Assembly (NCBI GenBank): GCA_964488915.1 | Contig: CAZAWU010000001.1 | Coordinates: 2,749-66,748 of the forward strand | Source of the DNA: an uncultured Burkholderiales bacterium | GTDB lineage: Bacteria; Pseudomonadota; Gammaproteobacteria; Burkholderiales; JALYOK01 | DNA: 64,000 nt | Reading direction: 5' to 3' | Part shown: positions 28,398-37,741 of the stretch, piece after piece | How positions within the stretch are numbered: position 1 is the first letter of the stretch | How the letters are laid out: each line of letters starts with the position of its first letter | The notes under the pieces: generated by a model | The model's input: only the letters and a program-made list of their open reading frames with translations | Databases searched by the model: none | What the model was told of the DNA's origin: nothing | Program-made: the position numbers and the translations under genes

Positions 28398-31058
28398 ATG
28401 GACATTCTCCCCGACATCGATCCACAAGAAACCCGGGAATGGTTAGACGCGCTCGACGCCGTACTTGAGCATGAAGGTCCGGAGCGCGCGCATTTCCTGC
28501 TCGAAAAACTCATCGAGAAGGCGCGCCGTTCGGGGGCCCATCTTCCCTACCGCGCGACGACTGCTTACCTGAATACCATTCCTCCGCACAAAGAGGAACG
28601 CTCTCCCGGCAACCACGAGTTAGAACACAGAATTCGTTCCTACGTTCGCTGGAATGCGCTTGCGATGGTCTTGCGAGCCAATAAGCATACCAACGTGGGC
28701 GGGCACATCGCGAGCTTTGCTTCCGCCGCTACTCTTTACGACGTCGGATACAACCACTTCTGGCACGCACCTTCGGCAGAATCGCTCGGTGACCTGATTT
28801 ATTTTCAAGGCCACTCGGCGCCGGGCATGTACGCCCGCGCGTTCATGCTCGGACGCCTAACTGAGGACCAACTTGACAGATTTCGTCAGGAAGTTGACGG
28901 CAAAGGGCTATCTTCCTACCCACACCCGTGGCTCATGCCGAACTTTTGGCAGTTTCCAACTGTTTCCATGGGGCTCGGGCCGATCACCGCGATCTACCAA
29001 GCGCGCTTCATGCGTTACCTGCAGGATCGCGGCCTGGCCAATACTGAAGGTCGCAAGGTGTGGGCGTTCATGGGCGACGGCGAGATGGACGAGCCGGAGT
29101 CGCTCGGCTGCATCTCGCTCGCCGGACGTGAACGACTAGATAATCTAGTTTTCGTCGTCAACTGCAACCTGCAGCGTTTGGACGGTCCCGTACGCGGCAA
29201 CGGCAAGATCATCCAAGAGTTGGAGGGCGATTTCCGTGGCGCGGGGTGGAATGTTGTCAAACTCATCTGGGGCTCCTACTGGGATCCGTTGATCGCCAAA
29301 GACCGCAGCGGCTTGCTGCTCAAGCGTATGGAAGAAGCGGTCGACGGGGAATATCAGACATTCAAGTCCAAAGACGGCGCATACGTACGTAAGCATTTTT
29401 TCGGCAAGTACCCAGAACTTCTGGAACTCGTCGCCAACATGACGGATGACGACATTTGGCGCCTCAACCGCGGCGGACACGATCCGCACAAGATCTACGC
29501 CGCCTATGCCGCCGCCGTGAAACACACCGGGCAGCCCACCGTCATTCTTGCTAAGACGATCAAGGGTTACGGCATGGGCGAGTCCGGTGAAGCTCAGAAC
29601 ATCACCCATCAGCAGAAGAAGATGGGCACGACTTCGCTCAAGGCGTTCCGTGACCGCTTCGGCGTGCCCGTACCGGACGACAAACTCGAAGAGATGCCGT
29701 ACATCAATTTCTCGAAGGATTCGCCGGAACTGAAATACATGCGTGAGCGGCGCCTGGCGCTCGGCGGTTACCTGCCTCAGCGGCGCGTCGACGCACCCGT
29801 GCACAAGGTTCCTGCTCTAGGCGCTTTTGACGCCTTGCTCAAGAGCAGCGACGAGCGCGAACTTTCGACCACGATGGCGTTCGTGCGCATTTTAAGCACG
29901 CTCCTGCGCGACAAAGAAATCGGCAAATACATTGTGCCGATCGTACCGGACGAATCGCGCACCTTCGGCATGGAAGGCTTGTTCCGCCAACTCGGTATCT
30001 ACTCCTCGGTCGGCCAGCTTTACGAGCCGGAAGATTCCGACGAACTCATGTATTACCGCGAGGCCAAGACCGGCCAGATGCTGCAGGAAGGCATCAACGA
30101 AGCCGGTGGCATGTCGTCGTGGATCGCGGCCGCCACTGCGTACAGCACGCACGGCGTCTGCATGATGCCGTTCTTCATTTTCTATTCGATGTTCGGCTTC
30201 CAGCGTGTGGGTGATCTCGTCTGGGCTGCGGGGGACTGCCAAGCGCGCGGCTTTCTGCTCGGCGCCACCGCCGGGCGCACCACGCTCAACGGCGAAGGTC
30301 TGCAGCATCAAGACGGCCAGAGCCAGTTGCACGCCTCCTTCATCCCAAACTGTGTCTCCTACGACCCGACCTTCGCGTACGAGCTCGCCGTCATAATGCA
30401 AGATGGCATGCGCCGCATGTACGAAAAGCAGGAGAACGTCTTCTATTACATCACCTTGATGAACGAGAACTACACGCACCCGGCATTGCCGGTGGGCGCG
30501 GAAGCGAACATTCTCAAGGGACTGTATCTGCTGCGTACGGCGGACGACAAGAAGGCGAAAGCTCCACGCGTGCAGCTCATGGGCTGCGGCACCATTTTGC
30601 GCGAAGTGATCGCCGCGGCGGATCTGTTGCGCAATGACTTCGGCGTCGAAGCGGACTTGTGGAGCGCGACCAGCTTCAACGAACTGCGCCGCGACGGCTT
30701 GAGTGCGCAGCGCTGGAATCTGCTGCATCCGAGCGAAAAACCGCGCCTCTCGCACGTCGAACAATGTTTGAGCAAACGCAAAGGGCCGGTCATCGCCGCC
30801 ACCGACTACATGCGCAGCTTCGCCGATCAAATCCGCGCCTTCGTCCCGCAACGCTACGTCGTGCTTGGCACCGACGGTTACGGACGTTCCGATACGCGTG
30901 AGCAGCTGCGCAGTTTTTTCGAAGTCGACCGCCGCTATGTCACGGTCGCCGCGCTCAAAGCGCTCGCCGACGATGGGACCATCGACGCCAAAGTGGTGGT
31001 GCAAGCGATCAAGAAGTACGGTATCGACAGTGAGCGCGTCGAACCATGGAAGAGCTGA
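28398..31058 (+). CDS. aceE: Pyruvate dehydrogenase E1 component (homodimeric type)
   Basis: 886 aa. DIDPQETREWLDALDAV..., GGHIASFASAATLY and GDGEMDEPES are canonical AceE. Confidence 0.95.
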   Translation: MDILPDIDPQETREWLDALDAVLEHEGPERAHFLLEKLIEKARRSGAHLPYRATTAYLNTIPPHKEERSPGNHELEHRIRSYVRWNALAMVLRANKHTNVGGHIASFASAATLYDVGYNHFWHAPSAESLGDLIYFQGHSAPGMYARAFMLGRLTEDQLDRFRQEVDGKGLSSYPHPWLMPNFWQFPTVSMGLGPITAIYQARFMRYLQDRGLANTEGRKVWAFMGDGEMDEPESLGCISLAGRERLDNLVFVVNCNLQRLDGPVRGNGKIIQELEGDFRGAGWNVVKLIWGSYWDPLIAKDRSGLLLKRMEEAVDGEYQTFKSKDGAYVRKHFFGKYPELLELVANMTDDDIWRLNRGGHDPHKIYAAYAAAVKHTGQPTVILAKTIKGYGMGESGEAQNITHQQKKMGTTSLKAFRDRFGVPVPDDKLEEMPYINFSKDSPELKYMRERRLALGGYLPQRRVDAPVHKVPALGAFDALLKSSDERELSTTMAFVRILSTLLRDKEIGKYIVPIVPDESRTFGMEGLFRQLGIYSSVGQLYEPEDSDELMYYREAKTGQMLQEGINEAGGMSSWIAAATAYSTHGVCMMPFFIFYSMFGFQRVGDLVWAAGDCQARGFLLGATAGRTTLNGEGLQHQDGQSQLHASFIPNCVSYDPTFAYELAVIMQDGMRRMYEKQENVFYYITLMNENYTHPALPVGAEANILKGLYLLRTADDKKAKAPRVQLMGCGTILREVIAAADLLRNDFGVEADLWSATSFNELRRDGLSAQRWNLLHPSEKPRLSHVEQCLSKRKGPVIAATDYMRSFADQIRAFVPQRYVVLGTDGYGRSDTREQLRSFFEVDRRYVTVAALKALADDGTIDAKVVVQAIKKYGIDSERVEPWKS

Positions 31059-31128
31059 TACTAAAGATAGTATCAACTCAAGAATAAGATTCACATTTAT
31101 TTTCCATATTTTACTATAGGGGGTAACC

Positions 31129-32463
31129 TTGGCCACGCTGCAAGAAGTGCTCGTGCCCGACATCGGTGATTTCAAAGAAGTCGAAGTGATCGAGGTCCTG
31201 GTCAAACCCGGCGACAGCATCAAGAAAGAAGATTCCCTGATCGCTTTGGAGTCCGACAAAGCCACCATGGAAGTGCCCTCGCCTGTCGCGGGCACGGTAA
31301 AAGAGCTGAAGATTAAAGTCGGCGACAAGGTGTCACAGGGATCGATCGTGCTGGTGGTGGAAGCCACCAGCGACGCGTCCGCCAAAACCGCAACCGCAAC
31401 CGCATCGGCACCGGCGCCTGCGGCAGCGAAGCCTGCCGCGCCCACAACGCCGTCCGCGCCGGCACCGTCGCTAAATATTCCGCCCCCGCCACCACCGACT
31501 TTCGCACCTGCCTCGCCGGCATTTACCGCGTCGTTGGAGCGCTCGTTGAGCAAAGCGCACGCGAGCCCCTCGGTGCGCGCCTTCGCGCGCGAACTCGGTG
31601 TCGATTTAGGGCGCGTGACGGGCAGCGGACCGAAGGGACGCATTCTCAAAGAGGACATCCAGCAATTCGTTAAGAGCGAGCTGGCCAGTCCGGGCAAAGC
31701 CGCCGGCGGAGGCGGCGGTCTGGGCTTTAACCTACCGCCCGCACCGGCGGTCGATTTCGCCAAGTTCGGACCAATCGAAACCAAGCCGCTGTCGCGCATC
31801 AAGAAAATCTCCGGGGCGAACCTGCACCGCAACTGGCTTTCGATCCCCCACATCACGCAGCACGAAGAGGCCGATATCACGGAGCTGGAAGCGTTCCGTC
31901 AAGCGCAGAGCGATGCTGCGGCGAAAAGTGGCGTCAAGCTGACACTGCTGGCTTTCATCCTGAAAGGATGCGTCGCGGCGCTCAAGCGTCACCCGGAATT
32001 CAACGCCTCACTCGCTGCTGACGGCGAGAATCTTGTGCTCAAGAACTACTACCACCTGGGTTTTGCCTGCGACACGCCTGACGGACTGGTGGTACCAGTC
32101 ATCCGCGACGTCGATCAGAAAGGCATATTCCAAATCGCCAAGGAGCTCGCTGAGCTGAGCGCCAAAGCGCGCGAGAAAAAACTCTCCCCCAGCGACATGC
32201 AGGGCGGAACCTTCAGCGTCTCGAGCCTGGGCGGCATCGGCGGCACGCAATTCACCCCGATCATCAACGCGCCGGAAGTCGCCATCCTGGGCGCCAGCCG
32301 CTCGGCGATGAAACCCGTGTGGCAGAACGGTCAGTGGGTGCCGCGCATGATACTGCCCCTGTCACTCTCGTACGACCACCGCGTGATCGACGGTGCTTTG
32401 GGCGCGCGCTTCATCACTTACTTGAGCGGCGTGCTCGCGGACATGCGCCGCGCCATGCTCTAA
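31129..32463 (+). CDS. aceF: Dihydrolipoyllysine-residue acetyltransferase (PDH E2), single lipoyl domain
   Basis: Lipoyl motif [13 protein letters not shown], Ala/Pro linkers, E3-binding domain (ASPSVRAFARELGVDL), catalytic SYDHRVIDGA. TTG start at 31129. Confidence 0.9.
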   Translation: MATLQEVLVPDIGDFKEVEVIEVLVKPGDSIKKEDSLIALESDKATMEVPSPVAGTVKELKIKVGDKVSQGSIVLVVEATSDASAKTATATASAPAPAAAKPAAPTTPSAPAPSLNIPPPPPPTFAPASPAFTASLERSLSKAHASPSVRAFARELGVDLGRVTGSGPKGRILKEDIQQFVKSELASPGKAAGGGGGLGFNLPPAPAVDFAKFGPIETKPLSRIKKISGANLHRNWLSIPHITQHEEADITELEAFRQAQSDAAAKSGVKLTLLAFILKGCVAALKRHPEFNASLAADGENLVLKNYYHLGFACDTPDGLVVPVIRDVDQKGIFQIAKELAELSAKAREKKLSPSDMQGGTFSVSSLGGIGGTQFTPIINAPEVAILGASRSAMKPVWQNGQWVPRMILPLSLSYDHRVIDGALGARFITYLSGVLADMRRAML

Positions 32464-32466
32464 CCC

Positions 32467-34269
32467 ATGAGCAATCTCATCGAAGTGCGCGTGCCGGACA
32501 TCGGCGACTTCAAAGACGTCGAAGTCATCGAAGTGCTGGTCAAATCGGGCGACGTGATCAAACCGGAAGATTCGCTTATCGCATTGGAATCCGACAAGGC
32601 GACTATGGAAGTCCCGGCACCGGCCGGCGGCACCGTGAAGGACTTGAAGATCAAGGTCGGCGACAAGGTTTCGCAAGGCTCGCTTATCCTGATGCTGGAA
32701 GCGGGAGCGGCGGCTACGCCGAGCGCATTGCGCGCGCCAGCACCCCCAACTGCTGCTTCAGCGGCTGCGCCGACAGCTCCAACGAGCGCCGCCACGCCGC
32801 CGAAACAAACTTCGGGGGCCGATATCACCACTGAGGTCGTCGTGCTCGGCGCCGGGCCGGGCGGCTATACCGCCGCGTTTCGCGCGGCCGATCTCGGCAA
32901 GCAAGTTACGCTAATTGAGCGCTACGCGGCGCTCGGCGGCGTTTGTCTCAATGTCGGCTGTATTCCATCCAAGGCGTTGCTCCACGTCGCGAAAGTGCTC
33001 ACCGAGGCGGAAGTCGCCGCCGAACACGGCGTCGAATTCGGCAAACCCAAGATCGATTTCGGCAAAGTGCAAGGGTGGAAAACTTCCGTCGTCGAAAAGC
33101 ACACCAAAGGACTCACCGGGCTTGCCAAGCAGCGCAAGATCACTGTGGTTCACGGCACGGCGACGTTTGTGAACTCACATCAGGTACAAGTGCAAACCAG
33201 CGAAGGCAACCGGACGATCGGCTTCCAGCACGCCATCATCGCCGCCGGTTCGCAAGCCTTTAAGCTACCCGGTTTGCCGTGGGGCGATGCGCGCTTGCTC
33301 GACTCCACCGATGCGCTCGCGCTGAAAGTAATTCCTAAACGCATGCTCATCATCGGCGGCGGCATCATCGGCTTGGAAATGGCCACGGTTTACGATGCAC
33401 TCGGTAGCAAGATCAGCGTCGTGGAGTTGATGGACAATCTCATTCCGGGCTGCGACCCCGATCTGGTGCGCCCTCTCGCGCGCCGCATCGGCAAACGCTA
33501 CGAGCAGATCCTGCTCAAAACCAAGGTCACCAAAATCGAAGCTAAGCCGGAAGGCCTACTCGCCCACTTTGAAGGCGCCCAGGCCTCGGATGCGGCGCCC
33601 CAACCGCAACTGTTCGATGCCGTGCTGGTTGCGGTCGGTCGTCGGCCTAACGGCAAGGCGATCGGCGCCGAAGCCGCCGGCGTAAAGGTCGACGAACGCG
33701 GTTACATCCCGGTCGACAAGCAGCAGCGCACCAACATCGGCCATATCTTTGCCATCGGCGATATCGTCGGCGAGCCGATGCTGGCGCACAAGGCCACACA
33801 CGAAGCGAAAGTCGCCGCGGAAGTCATCGCTGGGCACAAGGCTGCGTTTGACGCCCGAGCGATTCCCAACGTTGCCTATACCGATCCCGAAGTAGCCTGG
33901 ATGGGAATGAGCGAAACCGAAGCCAAGAAGCGCGCAACGCAAATCGAAGTGGCCGTGTTTCCTTGGACCGCCAGCGGACGCGCGTCCGGCCAAGCGCGCA
34001 ATGAGGGTGTGACCAAGCTGATCTTCGAGGCGGGCACGCGGCGCCTGCTGGGCGCTGGGATGGTCGGACCAAACGCCGGCGAGCTTATCGCGGAAGCGGT
34101 GTTAGCCCTGGAAATGGGCGCCGACGCCGCGGACTTGAGTTTGACGATTCACCCACACCCGACGTTGTCGGAAACGCTGGGTTTGGCGGCCGAAATGGCC
34201 GAGGGCAGCATTACCGATTTGCTCCCCGCAAAGAAAACCGCGCTTGAATCCACGTTCAAGCGCGGTTGA
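32467..34269 (+). CDS. lpdA: Dihydrolipoyl dehydrogenase (E3) with N-terminal lipoyl domain
   Basis: 600 aa. N-terminal lipoyl domain ([13 protein letters not shown]), then GAGPGGY, redox-active [14 protein letters not shown]-terminal HPHPTLSE. Confidence 0.9.
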   Translation: MSNLIEVRVPDIGDFKDVEVIEVLVKSGDVIKPEDSLIALESDKATMEVPAPAGGTVKDLKIKVGDKVSQGSLILMLEAGAAATPSALRAPAPPTAASAAAPTAPTSAATPPKQTSGADITTEVVVLGAGPGGYTAAFRAADLGKQVTLIERYAALGGVCLNVGCIPSKALLHVAKVLTEAEVAAEHGVEFGKPKIDFGKVQGWKTSVVEKHTKGLTGLAKQRKITVVHGTATFVNSHQVQVQTSEGNRTIGFQHAIIAAGSQAFKLPGLPWGDARLLDSTDALALKVIPKRMLIIGGGIIGLEMATVYDALGSKISVVELMDNLIPGCDPDLVRPLARRIGKRYEQILLKTKVTKIEAKPEGLLAHFEGAQASDAAPQPQLFDAVLVAVGRRPNGKAIGAEAAGVKVDERGYIPVDKQQRTNIGHIFAIGDIVGEPMLAHKATHEAKVAAEVIAGHKAAFDARAIPNVAYTDPEVAWMGMSETEAKKRATQIEVAVFPWTASGRASGQARNEGVTKLIFEAGTRRLLGAGMVGPNAGELIAEAVLALEMGADAADLSLTIHPHPTLSETLGLAAEMAEGSITDLLPAKKTALESTFKRG

Positions 34270-34296
34270 TTTTTACTTTCAAGCTATCGCGAAAGG

Positions 34297-34355
34297 AACC
34301 GAGGTCCGCTACGCCGGGAGGAGGAGGAGAACCGGCTTCACGAGACCTCGGTGTT
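34297..34355 (+). terminator. Possible PDH-operon terminator: compound hairpin with purine-rich loop
   Basis: accgaggtc (34297-34305) pairs with gacctcggt (34343-34351) and encloses an inner stem gccgg/ccggc with loop gaggaggaggagaa. Followed only by GUUU, a weak U-tract. Confidence 0.35.
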
Positions 34356-34422
34356 TCGCCGCTCTGGAGGAGGAGACGAGAACCCTTGGCCTACCGCGCC
34401 TTATCGAGCGCGGTCCCTGCAA

Positions 34423-34662
34423 CTAGTTGAGCTGACTCGCGTCGTGCAAGCGATGCACTTCGCCTTGTAACCGCGCGCGGTAGCCAGACATCACATCCTC
34501 CAGCTCACGCACAAAATCTAGGTATCCTTCGTTTCGTGCGAACGCAGCGATGCTGGTGCGCGAGTAGCGGTGATCGATAGCAATGGCGGTCGCGCAATCG
34601 TCCGGAATGGTCTTGCGAAAGGTTTCGATCAGCGAATTGAGTTCTAACGACAACAGGGCCAT
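34423..34662 (-). CDS. Hypothetical small protein (79 aa)
   Basis: Track ORF 34423..34797 trimmed to ATG 34662 with AAGGA RBS (..AAAAGGAAAAAGACCATG). MALLSLELNSLIETFRKTIPDD... No family recognised. Locally lower GC. Confidence 0.5.
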   Translation of the reverse strand: MALLSLELNSLIETFRKTIPDDCATAIAIDHRYSRTSIAAFARNEGYLDFVRELEDVMSGYRARLQGEVHRLHDASQLN

Positions 34663-34679
34663 GGTCTTTTTCCTTTTGT

Positions 34680-34871
34680 TCAGTGAAGCACTGGCTCGTG
34701 CGACGGCAACAGAGCGATCATTCCATCTGGGCCAACCGGAAACTCGTCGAGATCGAGGACTTCGTGAATCGCTTCGACCAGCGGGTGCCCCAAGCAAGAC
34801 AAGTCACCTAAGGTCAGCGCTTGTGTCTCGCTTAACTCATCAAACTTGAGCATGTCGTCCAAGGGTCCCAT
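34680..34871 (-). CDS. Hypothetical small acidic protein (63 aa)
   Basis: Trimmed to ATG 34871 (MGPLDDMLKFDELSETQALTLGDL...). 17 nt upstream of the next small ORF and downstream of a sigma-54 promoter motif. No family recognised. Confidence 0.45.
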   Translation of the reverse strand: MGPLDDMLKFDELSETQALTLGDLSCLGHPLVEAIHEVLDLDEFPVGPDGMIALLPSHEPVLH

Positions 34872-34926
34872 GATTCGAATTTTCCTTCTACTTGACTGCG
34901 TTTTTGGTTGGCTGCGAACAGAGTTA

Positions 34927-34942
34927 AGCAACCGGTATGCCA
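34927..34942 (-). promoter_or_regulatory. Sigma-54 (RpoN) -24/-12 promoter motif upstream of the small-ORF pair
   Basis: The minus strand reads TGGCATACCGGTTGCT (GG-N10-GC spacing correct, one mismatch to TGGCAC), about 55 nt upstream of ATG 34871. Confidence 0.55.
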
Positions 34943-35115
34943 GAATGTTGGCGACATAGATGCCTCGTATTTTATTGCGTCAGAACAATAAGTTACTGAT
35001 GAACAAGCGGCCCAAATTCAAGCCAACCAACGTTTTAAATGCTGCTTGAACCAAGGTTCAGTCGTCATGTCGGCGTCGTGACGTCGACGCGACGACAGTC
35101 TTTTGGCAGCGGGCC

Positions 35116-36549
35116 ATGAGCGCAGTGGTTCAAGTCCCACTTTGGCTGTTCGTACCGCTGGCGTTGATGGCGGCGTGGGCCGTGTTGGTGTTCGTGTTGG
35201 TGCCCGGGATGCGTTGGTATTTCTGGCGTCGCGGCCATGACGCCCTGCAAGAATTCAAAGCGCGCGCTAACACGCGCACGCCGGATCTGAGCGTCACGCG
35301 GCGGCGGATCTTGATCGACCGGCTGCTGCATGACAGCAAAGTTAGAGAAGCGATTGACACAGCGGTGCAAGCTCAACCGGGTAACCGCGCGAGCATCGAA
35401 CGCCGCGCCGCCGAGTACGCACGCGAGATCGTGCCCTCCTTCAGCCCGTACTTGTACTTCCGCGTCGGCTATCGCTTGGCGCGCCGTCTGGCCACTTTTC
35501 TCTACCGCGTGCGCTTGGGTTACGTCGACGGACAGGCGCTCGAGCAAGTCGATCCGAACGCCTCGATCGTGTTCGTGAGCAATCACCGCAGCAACATGGA
35601 CTACATCCTCGTCGCATTCCTCGCCGCGGAGCGCACAGCGCTTTCTTACGCCGTCGGCGAATGGGCGCGGGTTTGGCCGCTGCATGCGCTCGTTCGCTCG
35701 CTCGGCGCCTATTTCGTACGCCGCAACTCTGGCGATCCGCTCTATCGCGCCGTGCTCATGCGCTATGTGCAGTTCGCCACCGAAGGCGGCATTTGCCAAG
35801 CGGTTTTCCCGGAAGGTGGCTTGAGCCGAGACGGACATCTGCGCGCCCCGAAAATGGGGCTGATCGATTACATGTTGCGCGCGTTCGATCCCGCGAGCGA
35901 GCGCGACCTCGTTTTCATCCCGGTTGCGATCAACTACGACCGCGTAATCGAAGATCGCACGCTGCTGCTTGACACGCAAGCGGCGCCCGCACCCCGCGGC
36001 ATCGGGCACGCTTTGAAGACCACGGCCAAAGCCATTGGGCGCAGCTTGCGGCTCATGCTGCAAGGACGCTGGTACCGCCTTGGCTATGCTTGCGTGAATT
36101 TCGGCACGCCACTTTCGACACGCGCATACCTGCAGGCCAACAGTAACGATTTGCGCCGTCTGCCGGAAGCGCAGCGCCACAATGAAGTCGCAAGGTTCGC
36201 GCAGCTTTTAATGCAGCGCATCGCGGGCTTGCTTCCCGTTACGCCGGTCGCGCTCATCGCCACTGTATTCGCGCAAAGCAGCGCTCGGGCGCTTAGCGAA
36301 CTTGAACTCAAATCGCGCACGCTGGCGCTGATCGAACGCCTTACCCTAAACGGCGCGCATCTGTATATCCCACGCAAAGACCACGACTACATGGTTTCGA
36401 CTGGACTGCGCATGCTGTTGCTGCGGCGCATCGTCGCGCAGCACGACGGGTTGTACTCAAGCGTCGCTGCGCAGCAGCCGATCCTGGCCTACTACGCCAA
36501 CTCCATCGCACATTTGCTTGCACCGCGTCCGCCTGGGCAATCGGGCTAG
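35116..36549 (+). CDS. Glycerolipid acyltransferase (PlsB/GPAT-like, LPLAT superfamily)
   Basis: 477 aa. N-terminal TM, HxxxxD motif in VSNHRSNMDYILV, FPEGGLSRDG, IPVAINYD. Confidence 0.75.
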   Translation: MSAVVQVPLWLFVPLALMAAWAVLVFVLVPGMRWYFWRRGHDALQEFKARANTRTPDLSVTRRRILIDRLLHDSKVREAIDTAVQAQPGNRASIERRAAEYAREIVPSFSPYLYFRVGYRLARRLATFLYRVRLGYVDGQALEQVDPNASIVFVSNHRSNMDYILVAFLAAERTALSYAVGEWARVWPLHALVRSLGAYFVRRNSGDPLYRAVLMRYVQFATEGGICQAVFPEGGLSRDGHLRAPKMGLIDYMLRAFDPASERDLVFIPVAINYDRVIEDRTLLLDTQAAPAPRGIGHALKTTAKAIGRSLRLMLQGRWYRLGYACVNFGTPLSTRAYLQANSNDLRRLPEAQRHNEVARFAQLLMQRIAGLLPVTPVALIATVFAQSSARALSELELKSRTLALIERLTLNGAHLYIPRKDHDYMVSTGLRMLLLRRIVAQHDGLYSSVAAQQPILAYYANSIAHLLAPRPPGQSG

Positions 36550-36761
36550 CCGCGCACGCGCGTGCCGGTGTAGCTTTCTTCGATGTTGTCCTCGAAATAG
36601 CTGCCTGGCGAAGGCGCGTTCATGAGCCGGCGGTGCACTTCCGATGACACGCGCGCGTATTGCCAAATGGCACCGCTGCTGAACTCTACTTCCAATGTCT
36701 GGGTCTTAGTGTCGTAGCCGATCGAGCGGATCTTGCTGGCGCTGACTCGTTTGCGTTCCAT
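36546..36761 (-). CDS. KTSC domain-containing protein
   Basis: 71 aa. VSASKIRSIGYDTKTQTLEVEFSSGAIWQYARVSSEVHRRLMNAPSPGSYF matches the KTSC small-domain pattern. Confidence 0.8.
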   Translation of the reverse strand: MERKRVSASKIRSIGYDTKTQTLEVEFSSGAIWQYARVSSEVHRRLMNAPSPGSYFEDNIEESYTGTRVRG

Positions 36762-36882
36762 AGCCTCGGAAAACGTGACCTCGCGCCCGCAACCATGCCA
36801 GGACTTTGCCGCCGAAGCAAGCTGTAAGGCGCGTGCCGCGTCTTCGTCAAATGGTCATCAATCAGAAGGGCCTGCAGGCACT

Positions 36883-37656
36883 ATGCGCGGATCGATAGTC
36901 GTTTGTATTGCGCTCGCCATTGGGCTGAGCAGCCGCATCGTCTTGGCAAAAGAATGCAGCGCGAAAAGCGGTGTGCAGAGCACCGCTTTGCTCGAGCTCT
37001 ACACTTCTGAAGGCTGCAATAGTTGCCCGCCTGCCGATGCTTGGGTTAACGAACTGGAGAAACGCGGCGTTGGCAGGGGGCGCGTCGTGCCGCTCGCGCT
37101 GCACGTCGACTATTGGGACTACATCGGTTGGAAGGACCGCTTCGCGCAGCCGCAGTTCACGCAGCGCCAACAGTTGATCTCGCGCCGCAATACGCTAAAC
37201 ACGATTTTCACGCCGCAACTCGTGCTCAACGGCGTAACCATGCGCCGTTGGGGTGACGACAGCAAACTCGCCACCGCGCTCGATCTCATACAATCCGGCA
37301 AGCCGCGCGCCGATATCGGCCTGAGTTTGCGCGAAACCCGCGCCGATCGCCTCGCGATCGAAGCCGGCGTGACGCTGCACGACCCGAACGCGCGCACGAA
37401 CAGCGCGCTCTATCTCGCGGTATACGAGAACGGCCTTTCCAGCGAGGTGCGCGCGGGCGAAAACAGCGGGGTCACGCTGCGCCACAACTACGTGGTGCGC
37501 GCATGGCTCGGTCCGCTGCCGGTCGACGCAACCGCGGCGCGCGAAATCGATCTGTCGCACGACTGGCGCAAACAGAATCTTGGCGTGGCCGCCTTCGTGG
37601 AAGACCACGATACCGGGGCCATCCTACAGGCGCTGGCTTTGCCTCTTTGCCGTTGA
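36883..37656 (+). CDS. DUF1223 domain-containing secreted protein
   Basis: Trimmed to ATG 36883 (signal MRGSIVVCIALAIGLSSRIVLA). ELYTSEGCNSCPPADAW is the hallmark DUF1223 CxxC segment. Confidence 0.8.
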   Translation: MRGSIVVCIALAIGLSSRIVLAKECSAKSGVQSTALLELYTSEGCNSCPPADAWVNELEKRGVGRGRVVPLALHVDYWDYIGWKDRFAQPQFTQRQQLISRRNTLNTIFTPQLVLNGVTMRRWGDDSKLATALDLIQSGKPRADIGLSLRETRADRLAIEAGVTLHDPNARTNSALYLAVYENGLSSEVRAGENSGVTLRHNYVVRAWLGPLPVDATAAREIDLSHDWRKQNLGVAAFVEDHDTGAILQALALPLCR

Positions 37657-37741
37657 GTTTGCTAGATACTGCTTTAGGGATTCTCTTTAGAATGCAATTC
37701 TAAGGGATTCTCGTGGTTATTCAGCCGCCAGTATTGCTCAC

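Noticed and set aside
29892-31880. 662-aa minus-strand ORF spanning the aceE/aceF junction
   Set aside because: It is antisense to two unmistakable PDH genes. The translation is low-complexity Ala/Gly/Arg/Pro-rich with no motifs. This is a typical stop-poor shadow frame of a high-GC sequence.
35065-36180. 371-aa minus-strand ORF opposite the acyltransferase gene
   Set aside because: The plus-strand frame carries the HxxxxD and FPEGG acyltransferase motifs. The minus frame has none.
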